Positions 16,773 through 26,449 of a stretch of DNA of 32,000 nt are shown in pieces. The first letter of the stretch is position 1. Every line of letters starts with the position of its first letter. The stretch spans positions 990,001-1,022,000 of the forward strand of contig CP064992.1 of NCBI GenBank assembly GCA_016699935.1, in the 5' to 3' direction. This stretch comes from Candidatus Saccharimonadota bacterium (GTDB lineage: Bacteria > Patescibacteriota > Saccharimonadia > Saccharimonadales > UBA4665). The notes beneath the pieces were generated by a model. It did no database searches, had not been told where the DNA came from, and saw nothing but the letters and a program-made list of their open reading frames with translations. Made by a program: the position numbers and the translations under genes.

Positions 16773-17000
16773 CAGCTAATCTAGAACCATTACATTTACT
16801 AGATCTCATACCTTAGCCACAATTTTTACTTATTCTGATAATCAATCTATACTACTAATATGAAATGGCCGGGATGGAAGGCTTGGGGGCACTGGGGCTG
16901 GGCTTTGCTGTAGTCGGGACTGGAGCATGGTTGTTGGTAGGCAGGTCAGACCCACCTGCGTCTAGGCCGTCCCCAACGCTACAAAAAACTGTCAAAAAGG

Positions 17001-18059
17001 TTGAACCGAGCGGTGTACTTACTTTTTGCGGCTATGGGCGACATGCTGGCGCATGATTCCGTGGTAACACAGGCAAAAGTGGCAGATGGAAGCTATGACT
17101 TCAAACCGTATTTTTCAGCTATTCGACCGCTCTATACCGAGGCAGATGCGGTGTTTTGTAATGCCGAAGGGCTGACGGTGGGCAAAGAATTTGGCATAAG
17201 CGGGTACCCTAGCTTTAATGCGCCGACAGAGTTTGCTCATGATCTTACGGCAGGCGCGGGATGTAACGTCATCAACCTGGCGAATAATCACATTAATGAT
17301 AAAGGTCAAGCCGCGATAGATGCTAACAACGCCGTATGGGAAGAATTGAAACCATTGGCTTTTGCTGGGGCAAATCGTACTCCCGAGGAACAGATGACAG
17401 TGCGGTATTTTACCAAAAATGGGGTGACGGTAGCATTCTTGGCCTTTGCCGACTACAGCAACAACGAAAACTATACCCCATATGGATTGAACATCTACCA
17501 CAATACAGATTTAGTTGAGCGACTATTAGGTCGCGCACGGGCTAATGCGGATGCTGTGATTGTATCGGCCCACTGGGGTACGGAAAATTCCAATGCTGTG
17601 AACCCTGACCAGACAGCCGCGGCTCAACTTTTTGCAGATAATGGTGCGGATGTTGTCATAGGTACTGGGCCTCATGTAATTCAGAAAGCGACGTACGTTA
17701 CTGCTGCAGACGGTAGGAAAACATTCGTTTGGTATAGCATAGGCAATATGCTGTCGTCTCAGCTGCAGGTAAACGAGCTCACGGGCATAATAGCCGGGTT
17801 TACACTGAAGAAGCAACCACAAGGCGGATTGATAGTTGAGCAGCCAACGGCGCAGATTACCTACATGAGCTATGATTGGTCAACTGGTGATAGGGCGGCA
17901 CAGCGATTGAATACGCGAAGTAATTTGCAGCTCAGGTCGCTGAGCCAAAGCGGCACGGCGGTGCGTGATATGTTTGGACAGGAATATAGCGCAAGTGAGC
18001 GAGAAACCTATGTGAAAACCACACTAGGCAGCGACACGGGTGTAGAGGTTAAGCCATAG
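17001..18059 (+). CDS. CapA/PgsA-family (PGA_cap metallophosphatase-like) protein
   Basis: AAMGDMLAHDS, NLANNHINDKG, SAHWGTENS and GTGPHVIQ motifs. The N-terminal TM segment appears to lie in ORF 16865-17056 in a different frame (T5 at 17023-17027). Confidence 0.8.
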   Translation: MNRAVYLLFAAMGDMLAHDSVVTQAKVADGSYDFKPYFSAIRPLYTEADAVFCNAEGLTVGKEFGISGYPSFNAPTEFAHDLTAGAGCNVINLANNHINDKGQAAIDANNAVWEELKPLAFAGANRTPEEQMTVRYFTKNGVTVAFLAFADYSNNENYTPYGLNIYHNTDLVERLLGRARANADAVIVSAHWGTENSNAVNPDQTAAAQLFADNGADVVIGTGPHVIQKATYVTAADGRKTFVWYSIGNMLSSQLQVNELTGIIAGFTLKKQPQGGLIVEQPTAQITYMSYDWSTGDRAAQRLNTRSNLQLRSLSQSGTAVRDMFGQEYSASERETYVKTTLGSDTGVEVKP

Positions 18060-18231
18060 TTTAGAGAGTTCAATTCGTATTTTTTCTATTCCTTCTTTCT
18101 CTTGTTAGAAAGAAACAAAGTACACCGAGGAGGACGGGAAGTCAGTTTCGACCGTATCCTCGGCTCTGGCGGCGACCCGACCCTTCTCTGCTTTGAAGTG
18201 AAACATTTTTCCAAAACTTTAGGTTTCAAAA

Positions 18232-18265
18232 CCTACGCCCTAAGCCCTACGCCCTAAGCCCTAGC
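18232..18265. repeat. 14-bp tandem repeat (CCTACGCCCTAAGC x2 plus a partial unit)
   Basis: Read directly in the convergent intergenic region between capA and the M15 peptidase. Confidence 0.85.
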
Positions 18266-18273
18266 ATCATGCA

Positions 18274-19080
18274 TCAGTTCGCGGCGCCGCGGGCTTTCAT
18301 TTCGGTGAGGGCAGCTTGCAAATATGGGCATGCTTCGTCGAGTGTGAGCTTGCTGTCATGAAGAGCTTTTGCAAGGTCGCGGCCGACGTAGCGGAAGTGC
18401 CATGGTTCGTACTGGTACTGGGTTATTGCGGTTTTATCTTCTGGATAGCGGAGGATAAAGCCGTATTCGTAGGAATGGGCTGCGAACCACTTCCCTGCTT
18501 CGCGTTCTGAGAAGCATATTTCTAAGTAACACTCACGCGAGGTAAGACTGACGTCAAAAGCCAAACCAGTTTGGTGCTCGCTTTGACCAGGCCGCGCGCT
18601 AAATTTGTTTGCGGCTTCTTCTCCGTACTGACGGGAGTAACTCGTGAAATAGATCTGTTGCTGTTCGTAGGAACGATAACCACTGGCAACCATTACACTG
18701 TGTCCGGCTGCTTCTGCAGCACCAAATAGCGCTATGACGTCGGGTTCAATATCGGAGCGCAGCGACTGTTCAGCGATGGATTTGTCGATGCGCGTTCTAA
18801 CGGGCGGGACTGCTAAGCCTGCGGGTACAAAGTGGGCATCGGGCAACGGGTGTTCTTTGCTTACGACTGCCCACAGACTTGTCGGTTGATTGTAGTCTTC
18901 GACACGCGCAGTAATTGGTGAGGCATTTGGTAGCACAAGCTCAACTTGCTTTACTTTGGTTTTTGGCTGGTTAATTGGTATTACGGGAGCCTGAACGGAG
19001 TTGTATTGTGGGGTGAGAGTATAGGCGGCGAAGACAATAGCAGCAACTCCTAGTATCGCAATGAGAATTTTCTTAGGCAT
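18274..19080 (-). CDS. M15-family D-alanyl-D-alanine carboxypeptidase (VanY-like)
   Basis: SEHQTGLAFD and YEPWHFRYVG metal-site motifs. N-terminal anchor MPKKILIAILGVAAIVFAAY, so ATG 19080 is preferred to the ORF-track start 19179. Confidence 0.85.
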   Translation of the reverse strand: MPKKILIAILGVAAIVFAAYTLTPQYNSVQAPVIPINQPKTKVKQVELVLPNASPITARVEDYNQPTSLWAVVSKEHPLPDAHFVPAGLAVPPVRTRIDKSIAEQSLRSDIEPDVIALFGAAEAAGHSVMVASGYRSYEQQQIYFTSYSRQYGEEAANKFSARPGQSEHQTGLAFDVSLTSRECYLEICFSEREAGKWFAAHSYEYGFILRYPEDKTAITQYQYEPWHFRYVGRDLAKALHDSKLTLDEACPYLQAALTEMKARGAAN

Positions 19081-19235
19081 GATGTCTGTAGTATACCTAA
19101 AATGACACAGCTTTCCGAAAGTTTTCGGCCGAAAAGAATGAGCGAAAAGTTCGGAAAGCCGTCTTGTTTGGGTTTGCACACCTAGAACTACTTGCTACCG
19201 GTGGTATTACGTCGTATAGTACATGACAATACAGT

Positions 19236-20168
19236 ATGAAAAACCAGACAAACCCGACCGATTTCATCGAGCCGCTGCATGTGAATGGCATGCGCGGACG
19301 CTTGCTCAGAGTACCTTCGTCCAATCGTCGAAAGCGCGAAATTTTATTGCTGTATGGCCATCATGCCCAGCTGGAACGATGGTGGGGTCTCGTTCAGAAC
19401 CTCCAGTCTTACGGCAATATCACTGCTCCGGATTTACCCGGTTTTGGGGGGATGGATAGCTTTTTCAAAATCGGCAAGCAACCGACCATTGATGCATATG
19501 CAGACTACTTAGCTGCATTTATCAAAATGTACTATAAACGACATCGTGTGACGCTCATGGGGATTTCATTCGGGTTTCTGGTCATTACTCGCATGTTGCA
19601 GAGGTATCCTGAGCTAGCGAAAAAAGTGGATTTTGTTGTCAGTATCGTCGGTTTTATGCACAAAGATGATTTCTTGTTTCCACCAAAACGGCGCGTTGAT
19701 TACCACATAATTACTCGTATCATGGGTGCGGCACCGGTGTCTTATCTTATTCGTTATCTAGCACTAAATACATTTGTCATCAAAAACGTGTATGTGCGGC
19801 TGCCTGCTGGACGGCGTCGTTTTATTGCAATGGAGCGTGATGATTTCAAGAGACTGATGGACTATGAAGTGAGACTGTGGCAGATCAACGATGTACGGAC
19901 GCATTGGCGCACGACCAGCGAGTTTCTCGAAATTGACAATTGCCAGGTGCAGATTAATCTACCGGTTTGGCATGTGCAATCTAGTGGCGACCACTATTTT
20001 GACAATGCTATTGTTGAACAGCATATGCGGGTTGTTTACCGGACTTATGAGGGTGTTATCATGAAATCACCCGCCCATACTCCGAGTATCCTTGGCGACA
20101 AAAATGAGCTCAGCGTTATGCTTCCGCCACAGCTTCGCAAGCAGCTTGCTCGTAAACAGGGAGCGTAA
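19236..20168 (+). CDS. alpha/beta-fold hydrolase
   Basis: Nucleophile elbow GISFG, LLLYGHH oxyanion region, and late D (SSGDHYF) and H (SPAHTP). Confidence 0.7.
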   Translation: MKNQTNPTDFIEPLHVNGMRGRLLRVPSSNRRKREILLLYGHHAQLERWWGLVQNLQSYGNITAPDLPGFGGMDSFFKIGKQPTIDAYADYLAAFIKMYYKRHRVTLMGISFGFLVITRMLQRYPELAKKVDFVVSIVGFMHKDDFLFPPKRRVDYHIITRIMGAAPVSYLIRYLALNTFVIKNVYVRLPAGRRRFIAMERDDFKRLMDYEVRLWQINDVRTHWRTTSEFLEIDNCQVQINLPVWHVQSSGDHYFDNAIVEQHMRVVYRTYEGVIMKSPAHTPSILGDKNELSVMLPPQLRKQLARKQGA

Positions 20169-20225
20169 GAGAATGCCCCGCACGATATGTCTGAAACGCT
20201 AAAAATGCTATACTAATCTACAATT

Positions 20226-21350
20226 ATGAAAATTGGACTGGTTTGTCCCTATAACATCACGCGTGGCGGTGGAGTTCAGGAAGTTGTAAAAGCGCTTCAG
20301 CTTGAGTTTACTAAGCTAGGTCACGATGCGGTAATTATTACGCCGCAGCCGAAAGAACCGTACACATTCCGTGATCACCGCGTTATTTTCTTGGGAACGG
20401 CAACCGATTTTAAATCACCGCTGGCTACAACAACCCAAGTTAGCGCGAGCGTGCTCACTGATGAAATAGATAGTTTGCTAGAGTATGAAAAGTTTGATGT
20501 GCTTCATTTTCATGAACCATGGGTTCCGGTACTAAGCCGGCAGATTCTTAGCCGAAGCACTTGTGTGAATGTTGCAACCGTACATGCCAAGCTACCAGAA
20601 ACAATTGCCAGTAGGGCGCTCATGCGGGTGGTGACACCTTACACGAAGCCGCTTATACGCTATATAGATTCTTTCACGGCGGTTTCTGAAGCAGCCGCAG
20701 AGTACCTTCGAAGCTTGACCAATGAACCGATACAAATTATCCCCAATGGTATCAACACAGGTCACTATCGTCACCCTGCCCACCTTGCTGATGTCCCGAA
20801 TGGTAAAACTATTCTTTACATTGGTCGGCTAGAAAAGCGTAAAGGTGTGAAATATCTGCTCAGAGCCTTTCAGGTACTGCAAGATCGGCAGCCAGATGCG
20901 CGTCTCATCATTGCTGGCGATGGGGTGGACAGAGTAAAAACAGAGGAGTTGGCCGAAGAGTTAGGCCTCAGTAACGTCGCGTTCCTCGGCTATATAGATG
21001 ATCATACTAAGCTACAACTTCTTCACAGCGCTGACCTTTTTTGCTCGCCGGCGATTTACGGCGAAAGCTTTGGTATTGTCCTGTTGGAGGCCATGGCAAG
21101 TGGTTTAGTCACGGTTGCAGGCAACAACCCAGGGTACGAGAGTGTCATGACTGGCCTTGGCCAGTTATCGTTAGTTGACCCGCGGGATAGTAAAGAGTTT
21201 GCTCACCGTATGGAGTTACTGCTCAATGATGTCGGCATTCGCGATCGGTGGAAAAAATGGGCGAAAAAACATGGGAAACAGTTTGAGTACCATAAGGTCG
21301 CTGCGCTGTATCTGGCAGCGTATGAAGATGCAATAAAAAATCAACTATAA
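20226..21350 (+). CDS. glycosyltransferase family 4 (PimA-like)
   Basis: N-terminal MKIGLVCPY..GGGVQ and C-terminal GESFGIVLLEAMASG motif. Confidence 0.85.
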   Translation: MKIGLVCPYNITRGGGVQEVVKALQLEFTKLGHDAVIITPQPKEPYTFRDHRVIFLGTATDFKSPLATTTQVSASVLTDEIDSLLEYEKFDVLHFHEPWVPVLSRQILSRSTCVNVATVHAKLPETIASRALMRVVTPYTKPLIRYIDSFTAVSEAAAEYLRSLTNEPIQIIPNGINTGHYRHPAHLADVPNGKTILYIGRLEKRKGVKYLLRAFQVLQDRQPDARLIIAGDGVDRVKTEELAEELGLSNVAFLGYIDDHTKLQLLHSADLFCSPAIYGESFGIVLLEAMASGLVTVAGNNPGYESVMTGLGQLSLVDPRDSKEFAHRMELLLNDVGIRDRWKKWAKKHGKQFEYHKVAALYLAAYEDAIKNQL

Positions 21351-21365
21351 AACCAAGGAGCAAGC

Positions 21366-22499
21366 GTGAAGATTGGTTTAGTGATTGATGACTCGCTTGA
21401 TAGCACTGACGGCGTACAGCAGTACGTCCGTTGTGTCGGTGAATGGATGCGGGAGCGTGGTCACCAGGTGCACTATCTGGCGGGCTCAACAGTACGTACG
21501 GACATAGAAAATATTCATAGCCTCAGTCGTAATATGAAGGTGCGCTTTAACGGCAATCAGTTATCAATACCACTTCCAGCAAACCAAGGTAAGCTTCGTC
21601 GTTTAGTTGCACGTCTGGAACTCGATATCCTCCATGTACAAGTGCCATACAGCCCTTTTCTAGCGGGAAAACTCATTCGCGTTGTTGGGCCAAATGTTGC
21701 TGTGGTTGGGACATTTCACATTTTACCCTATAGCCGTTTAGCTCAGTTTGCAAGTAATGTTCTTGGTAAAATAAATACCGCGACCGCTCAGCGTTTTGAT
21801 GCCCTGATGGCTGTATCTGAACCGACACAGGTATTTGCTGGGCGATTTTTCGGATTTACGAGTATTGTGGTGGCCAATCCATTCCATCACGATGCGTTCT
21901 CTGTGGCGCGGCGCGGGAAACCGGCGAAGCATGCTGTGAGGCGAATAGTGTATCTCGGCAGGTTGGTTGAGCGTAAGGGACCGTTTGAGCTTGTCCGTGC
22001 GGTAGCTGAGATTGAGCGCCAAAACCTAACAAGTACCCCATATGAAGTGATTATTGCTGGCAAGGGTTTCCTTCGGCCAAAACTGGAACAATTTACCCGG
22101 GATAACAAAATAACAGATAAGGTTATATTCCCGGGCTTTGTTGATGAATCAGAAAAAGCAAAGCTACTCGCCAGCGGTGATATAGTCGTATTTCCAAGTA
22201 CAACTGGTGAAAGTTTTGGCATAAGCTTGCTCGAGGGGATGGCGGCGAGCCGGGGTGTTGTTCTGGCTGGCGATAATCTTGGCTATGCTTCGGTGGTGGC
22301 AGACAAGAAACAATTGTTTAACCCTCGGGACACTGCCGCGTTTGCGCGTTTACTTGCACGGTGGATCGATGACGATACGGGTCGACTAACTATGGCCAAA
22401 AAGCAGCAATCGTATGTAAAGCAATTTGACGTAGATGTTATTGGGCCGAAAATTGAAGATTTATACGCCCATGCTTTGCAAAAACGCAGGCAGTCGTGA
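21366..22499 (+). CDS. glycosyltransferase family 4, second paralog
   Basis: GTG start preceded by AAGGAG. GESFGISLLEGMAA motif. Confidence 0.85.
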   Translation: MKIGLVIDDSLDSTDGVQQYVRCVGEWMRERGHQVHYLAGSTVRTDIENIHSLSRNMKVRFNGNQLSIPLPANQGKLRRLVARLELDILHVQVPYSPFLAGKLIRVVGPNVAVVGTFHILPYSRLAQFASNVLGKINTATAQRFDALMAVSEPTQVFAGRFFGFTSIVVANPFHHDAFSVARRGKPAKHAVRRIVYLGRLVERKGPFELVRAVAEIERQNLTSTPYEVIIAGKGFLRPKLEQFTRDNKITDKVIFPGFVDESEKAKLLASGDIVVFPSTTGESFGISLLEGMAASRGVVLAGDNLGYASVVADKKQLFNPRDTAAFARLLARWIDDDTGRLTMAKKQQSYVKQFDVDVIGPKIEDLYAHALQKRRQS

Positions 22500-22512
22500 C
22501 ATAATACAGACT

Positions 22513-23634
22513 ATGGCACGATTATTTCCCAAAGAAAATTCAGATTTCGCAGTTACAATATCAACCCACACAATCTTAAGAGTAATTGGGCTCACAGTTC
22601 TTGCGGTTTTGCTATTCTTTGCGGTAAAGCAAAGCGCTGGCACGCTCACGCTCATCGGTGTCGCCTTTTTCTTAAGCCTTGCTCTGAATAGTCCTGTGCA
22701 ATGGTTGGCGAAGCGACTTCCCGCCAAAAAGAAAAATCGCCGTAGTTTGGCCACAGGCATATCAATTGGCCTAATTCTCTTGGCGCTCATTGGTTTCCTG
22801 GCAGCTGTTGTGCCGCCTATAACCAAGCAAACGGCTGGCTTTCTGAGTGACTTGCCTCAACTCATTGATCAAACACGCAATGGTGAGGGTGCTTTGGGAG
22901 CTTTTGTTGAGAAATATAACCTTGAACCTCAAGTTGAAAAGCTTTCTTCTCAGCTATCGACGCGCCTCGATGACGTGGGTAGCTCTGCGGTAACGGCTGT
23001 CTCAAAGATAGGTAGTAGTATTTTTGCAACGCTAACTGTGCTCGTGTTGACAATAATGATGCTCGTAGAGGGTCCAAAGTGGGGTAAGCTGCTTGAGGGG
23101 CTGCTACCGGTAGCTCGCCGTGAGGACACTCACCGCTTGGCGACAGATATGAATAAGGTTGTGAGGGGCTATGTGAACGGTCAGGTGATATTGGCGGCTA
23201 TTGCGGCTATGCTCATAGTGCCCATGCTCTTTCTTGCTCATGTGTCCTATCCGCTCGCCTTGATGGTTGTTGTCTTCGTGTGCGGCCTTATACCCATGGT
23301 CGGACATACTATAGGAGCTGCAATTTGTACGCTTGTAGCTTTGTTCACTTCTCCCGCTTCTGCAATCTTGGTTCTGTCGTATTATATTCTCTACCAGCAG
23401 ATTGAAAATTATGCTGTTCAGCCAAGGGTACAGGCAAACTCTACCAATATGTCACCACTATTGGTTTTCATTGCAGTCTTGCTTGGTGCAAACTTTGGCG
23501 GTCTTCTCGGCGCACTCGTCGCTATTCCTGTTGCAGGCTGTGCACGGATTATCGTTCTTGATTATCTTGAGCGCCGAGATATTCTGACCCCTGCGACTGT
23601 GCACGATGCCAAAACGCCTGGTGGCGATATCTAG
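22513..23634 (+). CDS. AI-2E family transporter (PerM/UPF0118)
   Basis: Polytopic membrane protein. GYVNGQVILA, IPMVGHTIGA and YQQIENYAVQPRV are characteristic. ATG 22513 is chosen to avoid overlap with the upstream GT4 gene. Confidence 0.85.
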   Translation: MARLFPKENSDFAVTISTHTILRVIGLTVLAVLLFFAVKQSAGTLTLIGVAFFLSLALNSPVQWLAKRLPAKKKNRRSLATGISIGLILLALIGFLAAVVPPITKQTAGFLSDLPQLIDQTRNGEGALGAFVEKYNLEPQVEKLSSQLSTRLDDVGSSAVTAVSKIGSSIFATLTVLVLTIMMLVEGPKWGKLLEGLLPVARREDTHRLATDMNKVVRGYVNGQVILAAIAAMLIVPMLFLAHVSYPLALMVVVFVCGLIPMVGHTIGAAICTLVALFTSPASAILVLSYYILYQQIENYAVQPRVQANSTNMSPLLVFIAVLLGANFGGLLGALVAIPVAGCARIIVLDYLERRDILTPATVHDAKTPGGDI

Positions 23635-23723
23635 CCTAATCAACTAACGAGAGAGCTCAAACTACCTCAGCCACGCTCTTCAAGCTACGATTTCTCTTTA
23701 GAATGCGGTTTAATCAGTTAAGT

Positions 23724-25118
23724 TTATAGCCAGTACCAAACGGCGCCATTCTGTGTGTCTTTAAGCCCGATACCTTGTGACATGAGCTGGGCGCGAAGTT
23801 CATCCGACCCTGCCCAATCTTTGTCAGCTCGCTTTTGCTCGCGTTGTTTTACGAGTACTTTCTGATCGTCAGCAATATCATCCCGAAAGAGTGAGATACC
23901 AAATGTGTCCCGAACCAGTTGCATTAGTTTAGTGACAAGCCACAGATTGTTCGATGTCATGCCCTGTTGCTCGATTGTATGTACAACAGAGTCGATGGTA
24001 CGAAGAGCGGTAACGGTATCAAGATCATTGAGTAGTGCGTTGGTAAAAGAATCTAGTAGCTTTTCTGGGTCTGTGTTTTGTGTGGCTTGATCGCCCATCT
24101 GTTGCCAGCGCATGTCGAAAGTTTGCTGCCAGTTCCTCAGCCGATTAGCGGCCGCCTCAAGGTTATCCCAGGTGAAGTTGCCCTCTGTTCTATAGTGCTT
24201 CCTAAGTGCAAAGACGCGGAAGGCGTCCATGTCATAGCCTTTGCTAGCAATATCTTGCAGGGTGTAAATATTGCCAAGACTTTTACTCATTTTTTGGCCA
24301 TCCGCTTTTAGGTGATTGTTATGCACCCAAAACTGGCTGAATTGCTTCCCGGTGACGGCTTCGGTTTGGGCAATTTCATTGGTGTGATGGACGGGGATGT
24401 GGTCTATTCCGCCTGTGTGGATGTCAATGCAGTCGCCGAGTGTTTCTCGGGCTATTACCGAACACTCAAGGTGCCAGCCAGGAAAGCCAACGCCCCAAGG
24501 ACTCTCCCACTCCATATCTCTTTTGCATTGAAGGTGAAAATTTCCAGACGGCAAAGTCGGTAATGTTGCGCTTCCTTCTACGCTGACGCGGGAGCCAGCT
24601 TCGAGCCCGGAGATGTCGAGGCGAGCGAGTTTGCCATAGTCAGTGAGCTTGCTTGTATCGAAATACATGCCGTCACCCGGGATTTCATACAGGAAGCCTT
24701 TTGCGTCGAGGGTTTTTGCAAAGTCTATTTGCTGCGCAATCATGTCTGTTGCGCGGACAAGATGCTCAGGGATGAGTAGGCCGAGGAGATTCGACTCTCT
24801 CTCAGCAACCTCGATGTATTTGGCGGCCACATCCCACGCGGTGCTTCCTTCGTGCCGTGCCCCTTTTTCCATTTTGTCTTCACCATTGTCATCGTCGCTT
24901 GTCAGGTGACCAACGTCAGTGATATTTTGGGTGCGCTCGACGGTGAATCCTTCGGTTCGTAGTGCCCTAACCAGGACATCCCAGTAAATGTACCCTAGCC
25001 AGTTACCAATGTGTGGCTGGCTGTAAACGGTCAGCCCACAGGTATAGAGTTTAACGGTGCCGTTTTGAAGCGGCCTAAGTTCGTCTACCTGTCTTGTGAG
25101 CGTATTATACAGTTTCAT
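23724..25118 (-). CDS. cysS: cysteine--tRNA ligase, with a ~50-nt internally out-of-frame patch
   Basis: HIGN and KMSKS class-I motifs, WHLECS. ATG 25118 overlaps the upstream stop (ATGA). See the finding on 24519-24577. Confidence 0.9.
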   Translation of the reverse strand: MKLYNTLTRQVDELRPLQNGTVKLYTCGLTVYSQPHIGNWLGYIYWDVLVRALRTEGFTVERTQNITDVGHLTSDDDNGEDKMEKGARHEGSTAWDVAAKYIEVAERESNLLGLLIPEHLVRATDMIAQQIDFAKTLDAKGFLYEIPGDGMYFDTSKLTDYGKLARLDISGLEAGSRVSVEGSATLPTLPSGNFHLQCKRDMEWESPWGVGFPGWHLECSVIARETLGDCIDIHTGGIDHIPVHHTNEIAQTEAVTGKQFSQFWVHNNHLKADGQKMSKSLGNIYTLQDIASKGYDMDAFRVFALRKHYRTEGNFTWDNLEAAANRLRNWQQTFDMRWQQMGDQATQNTDPEKLLDSFTNALLNDLDTVTALRTIDSVVHTIEQQGMTSNNLWLVTKLMQLVRDTFGISLFRDDIADDQKVLVKQREQKRADKDWAGSDELRAQLMSQGIGLKDTQNGAVWYWL

Positions 25119-26122
25119 GCGGTATCTCCGTGATTGGTTTGAACAAGATCGGTAGCGAACCGAAGACATTCAGTTTTAACCTCGGTATACGGTCGCCCGT
25201 CAACGACTTTGAAGCCGGCAGCATAGTCGTGGCCACCACCACCCATGTGCTCGGCGAGCTTTGCGGCGACCGGGTAGCCGTTGTTTGCTCGCAAGGCGGC
25301 CGTCACTCGTCCGTCATCGTAGCTTTTAATGACGATAGCAAGAACGACGCCGCGGACCTGTAGCATATCGAACTGAATGAGCGGTGCGGGATTGTACAGT
25401 GGGCTGAATTCATTGATTTCCGGTTGGGGAATATGTACTAGCGCAATCTTACCACCAGCATGAAATTCAGTACGGGCAATGAGTTGGCCTTTATAGCTAT
25501 AAATTTTTTCGGGCATTTTCCCGTACTCGCGGCGTAACTCTTCAAGACGAGGTCGATTGGCGCCGATATCGGTCAAATCGGCCATGACACGGTAGGTTCC
25601 GGCGGTTGTTAAGTCGTTCATGAGGCCTTGCGTGTCGCCCAAAATTGAGCTCATGATGTGTTCGGCTGCTTCAGCAGAAACATTCCAACCAAGTGAAGTA
25701 CTCAGATGAAAAATGAGTTCCCCGGTGGAAGCAACGTGTTCATCGATAATCTGCAAGTTGGTAAAATCAATCTTCTTTTCGACGGTAGCGTGGTGATCGA
25801 GGACAATACACGGCTTACTTTTCAGCCAACTGAGTTGCCCGCTTTTCTCGAGCTTATCAAGCAATGTGTATGTGCTGGCATCGACGATAATGCTCAGGTC
25901 AAATTGATTGGGCAAGCTATCAACCACCCTATCCCATCCATGTAGGTAGCGTAAGTATTCTGGTACGTTGACGCCACAGTAAAGGACGATGTCTTTACCG
26001 AGATCACCAAGAATGTGCTCGAGCGCCAGAGCGCTACCCAGTGAATCAGCATCTGGGTTGTCGGCCTGTACGATAACGATTTTTTGAGCTTCTTGCACAG
26101 CCCCATGAATTTTGTCTTGCAT
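25115..26122 (-). CDS. DHH/DHHA1 family phosphoesterase (NrnA-like)
   Basis: DADSLGS, VLDHH, DTQGL and GGGGHDYAAG motifs. Confidence 0.8.
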   Translation of the reverse strand: MQDKIHGAVQEAQKIVIVQADNPDADSLGSALALEHILGDLGKDIVLYCGVNVPEYLRYLHGWDRVVDSLPNQFDLSIIVDASTYTLLDKLEKSGQLSWLKSKPCIVLDHHATVEKKIDFTNLQIIDEHVASTGELIFHLSTSLGWNVSAEAAEHIMSSILGDTQGLMNDLTTAGTYRVMADLTDIGANRPRLEELRREYGKMPEKIYSYKGQLIARTEFHAGGKIALVHIPQPEINEFSPLYNPAPLIQFDMLQVRGVVLAIVIKSYDDGRVTAALRANNGYPVAAKLAEHMGGGGHDYAAGFKVVDGRPYTEVKTECLRFATDLVQTNHGDTA

Positions 26123-26179
26123 GCCCCTATTGTACTTGGGTTGATGGCTGACGCAAAACGCTTGTGGTATGATGGCGTT

Positions 26180-26449
26180 ATGCAAAGTAATAAAAACACG
26201 CAACAATTGCGCGAATTGCTCGCCGAAGCTACCGCCCTAGTTCCTGTTGGTTCAAGATGGCGGCATTACAAAGGTGGAGAATATCTGGTGACCGCAGTGG
26301 CGTTCGACGAAGAGTCGCTAAATTTTGAGGTCATATATAGCCCAATCGATGCTCCAGACATTCATTTCGCTAGATGGATGAGCATATGGCTCGAAACGGT
26401 ACGGTGGCAGAATGTCTCACTACCCCGCTTTAAACAGATGGCTGATTAG
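26180..26449 (+). CDS. DUF1653 domain protein
   Basis: WRHYKGGEYLVTAVAFDEESLNFEVIYSP resembles the DUF1653 core. The start is taken at ATG 26180. Confidence 0.6.
   Translation: MQSNKNTQQLRELLAEATALVPVGSRWRHYKGGEYLVTAVAFDEESLNFEVIYSPIDAPDIHFARWMSIWLETVRWQNVSLPRFKQMAD

Noticed and set aside
16773-16870. Searched the right-hand end of the AT-rich/metal region for a direct repeat of the tRNA-Gln 3' end (attR-like) or an integrase gene, to define a genomic island.
   Set aside because: Only a trivial AGCCA match was found, and there is no integrase, recombinase or transposase ORF anywhere in 7.7-16.9 kb.
18060-18273. The convergent intergenic region contains an AT-rich hairpin (TTCTTTCT-CTTGTT-AGAAAGAA), a CCGAGGA...TCCTCGG stem and a 14-bp tandem repeat. 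I considered it as an sRNA or riboswitch.
   Set aside because: I recognise no conserved motif. The structures are adequately explained as terminators of two convergent genes, and the repeat is only 2.4 units long.
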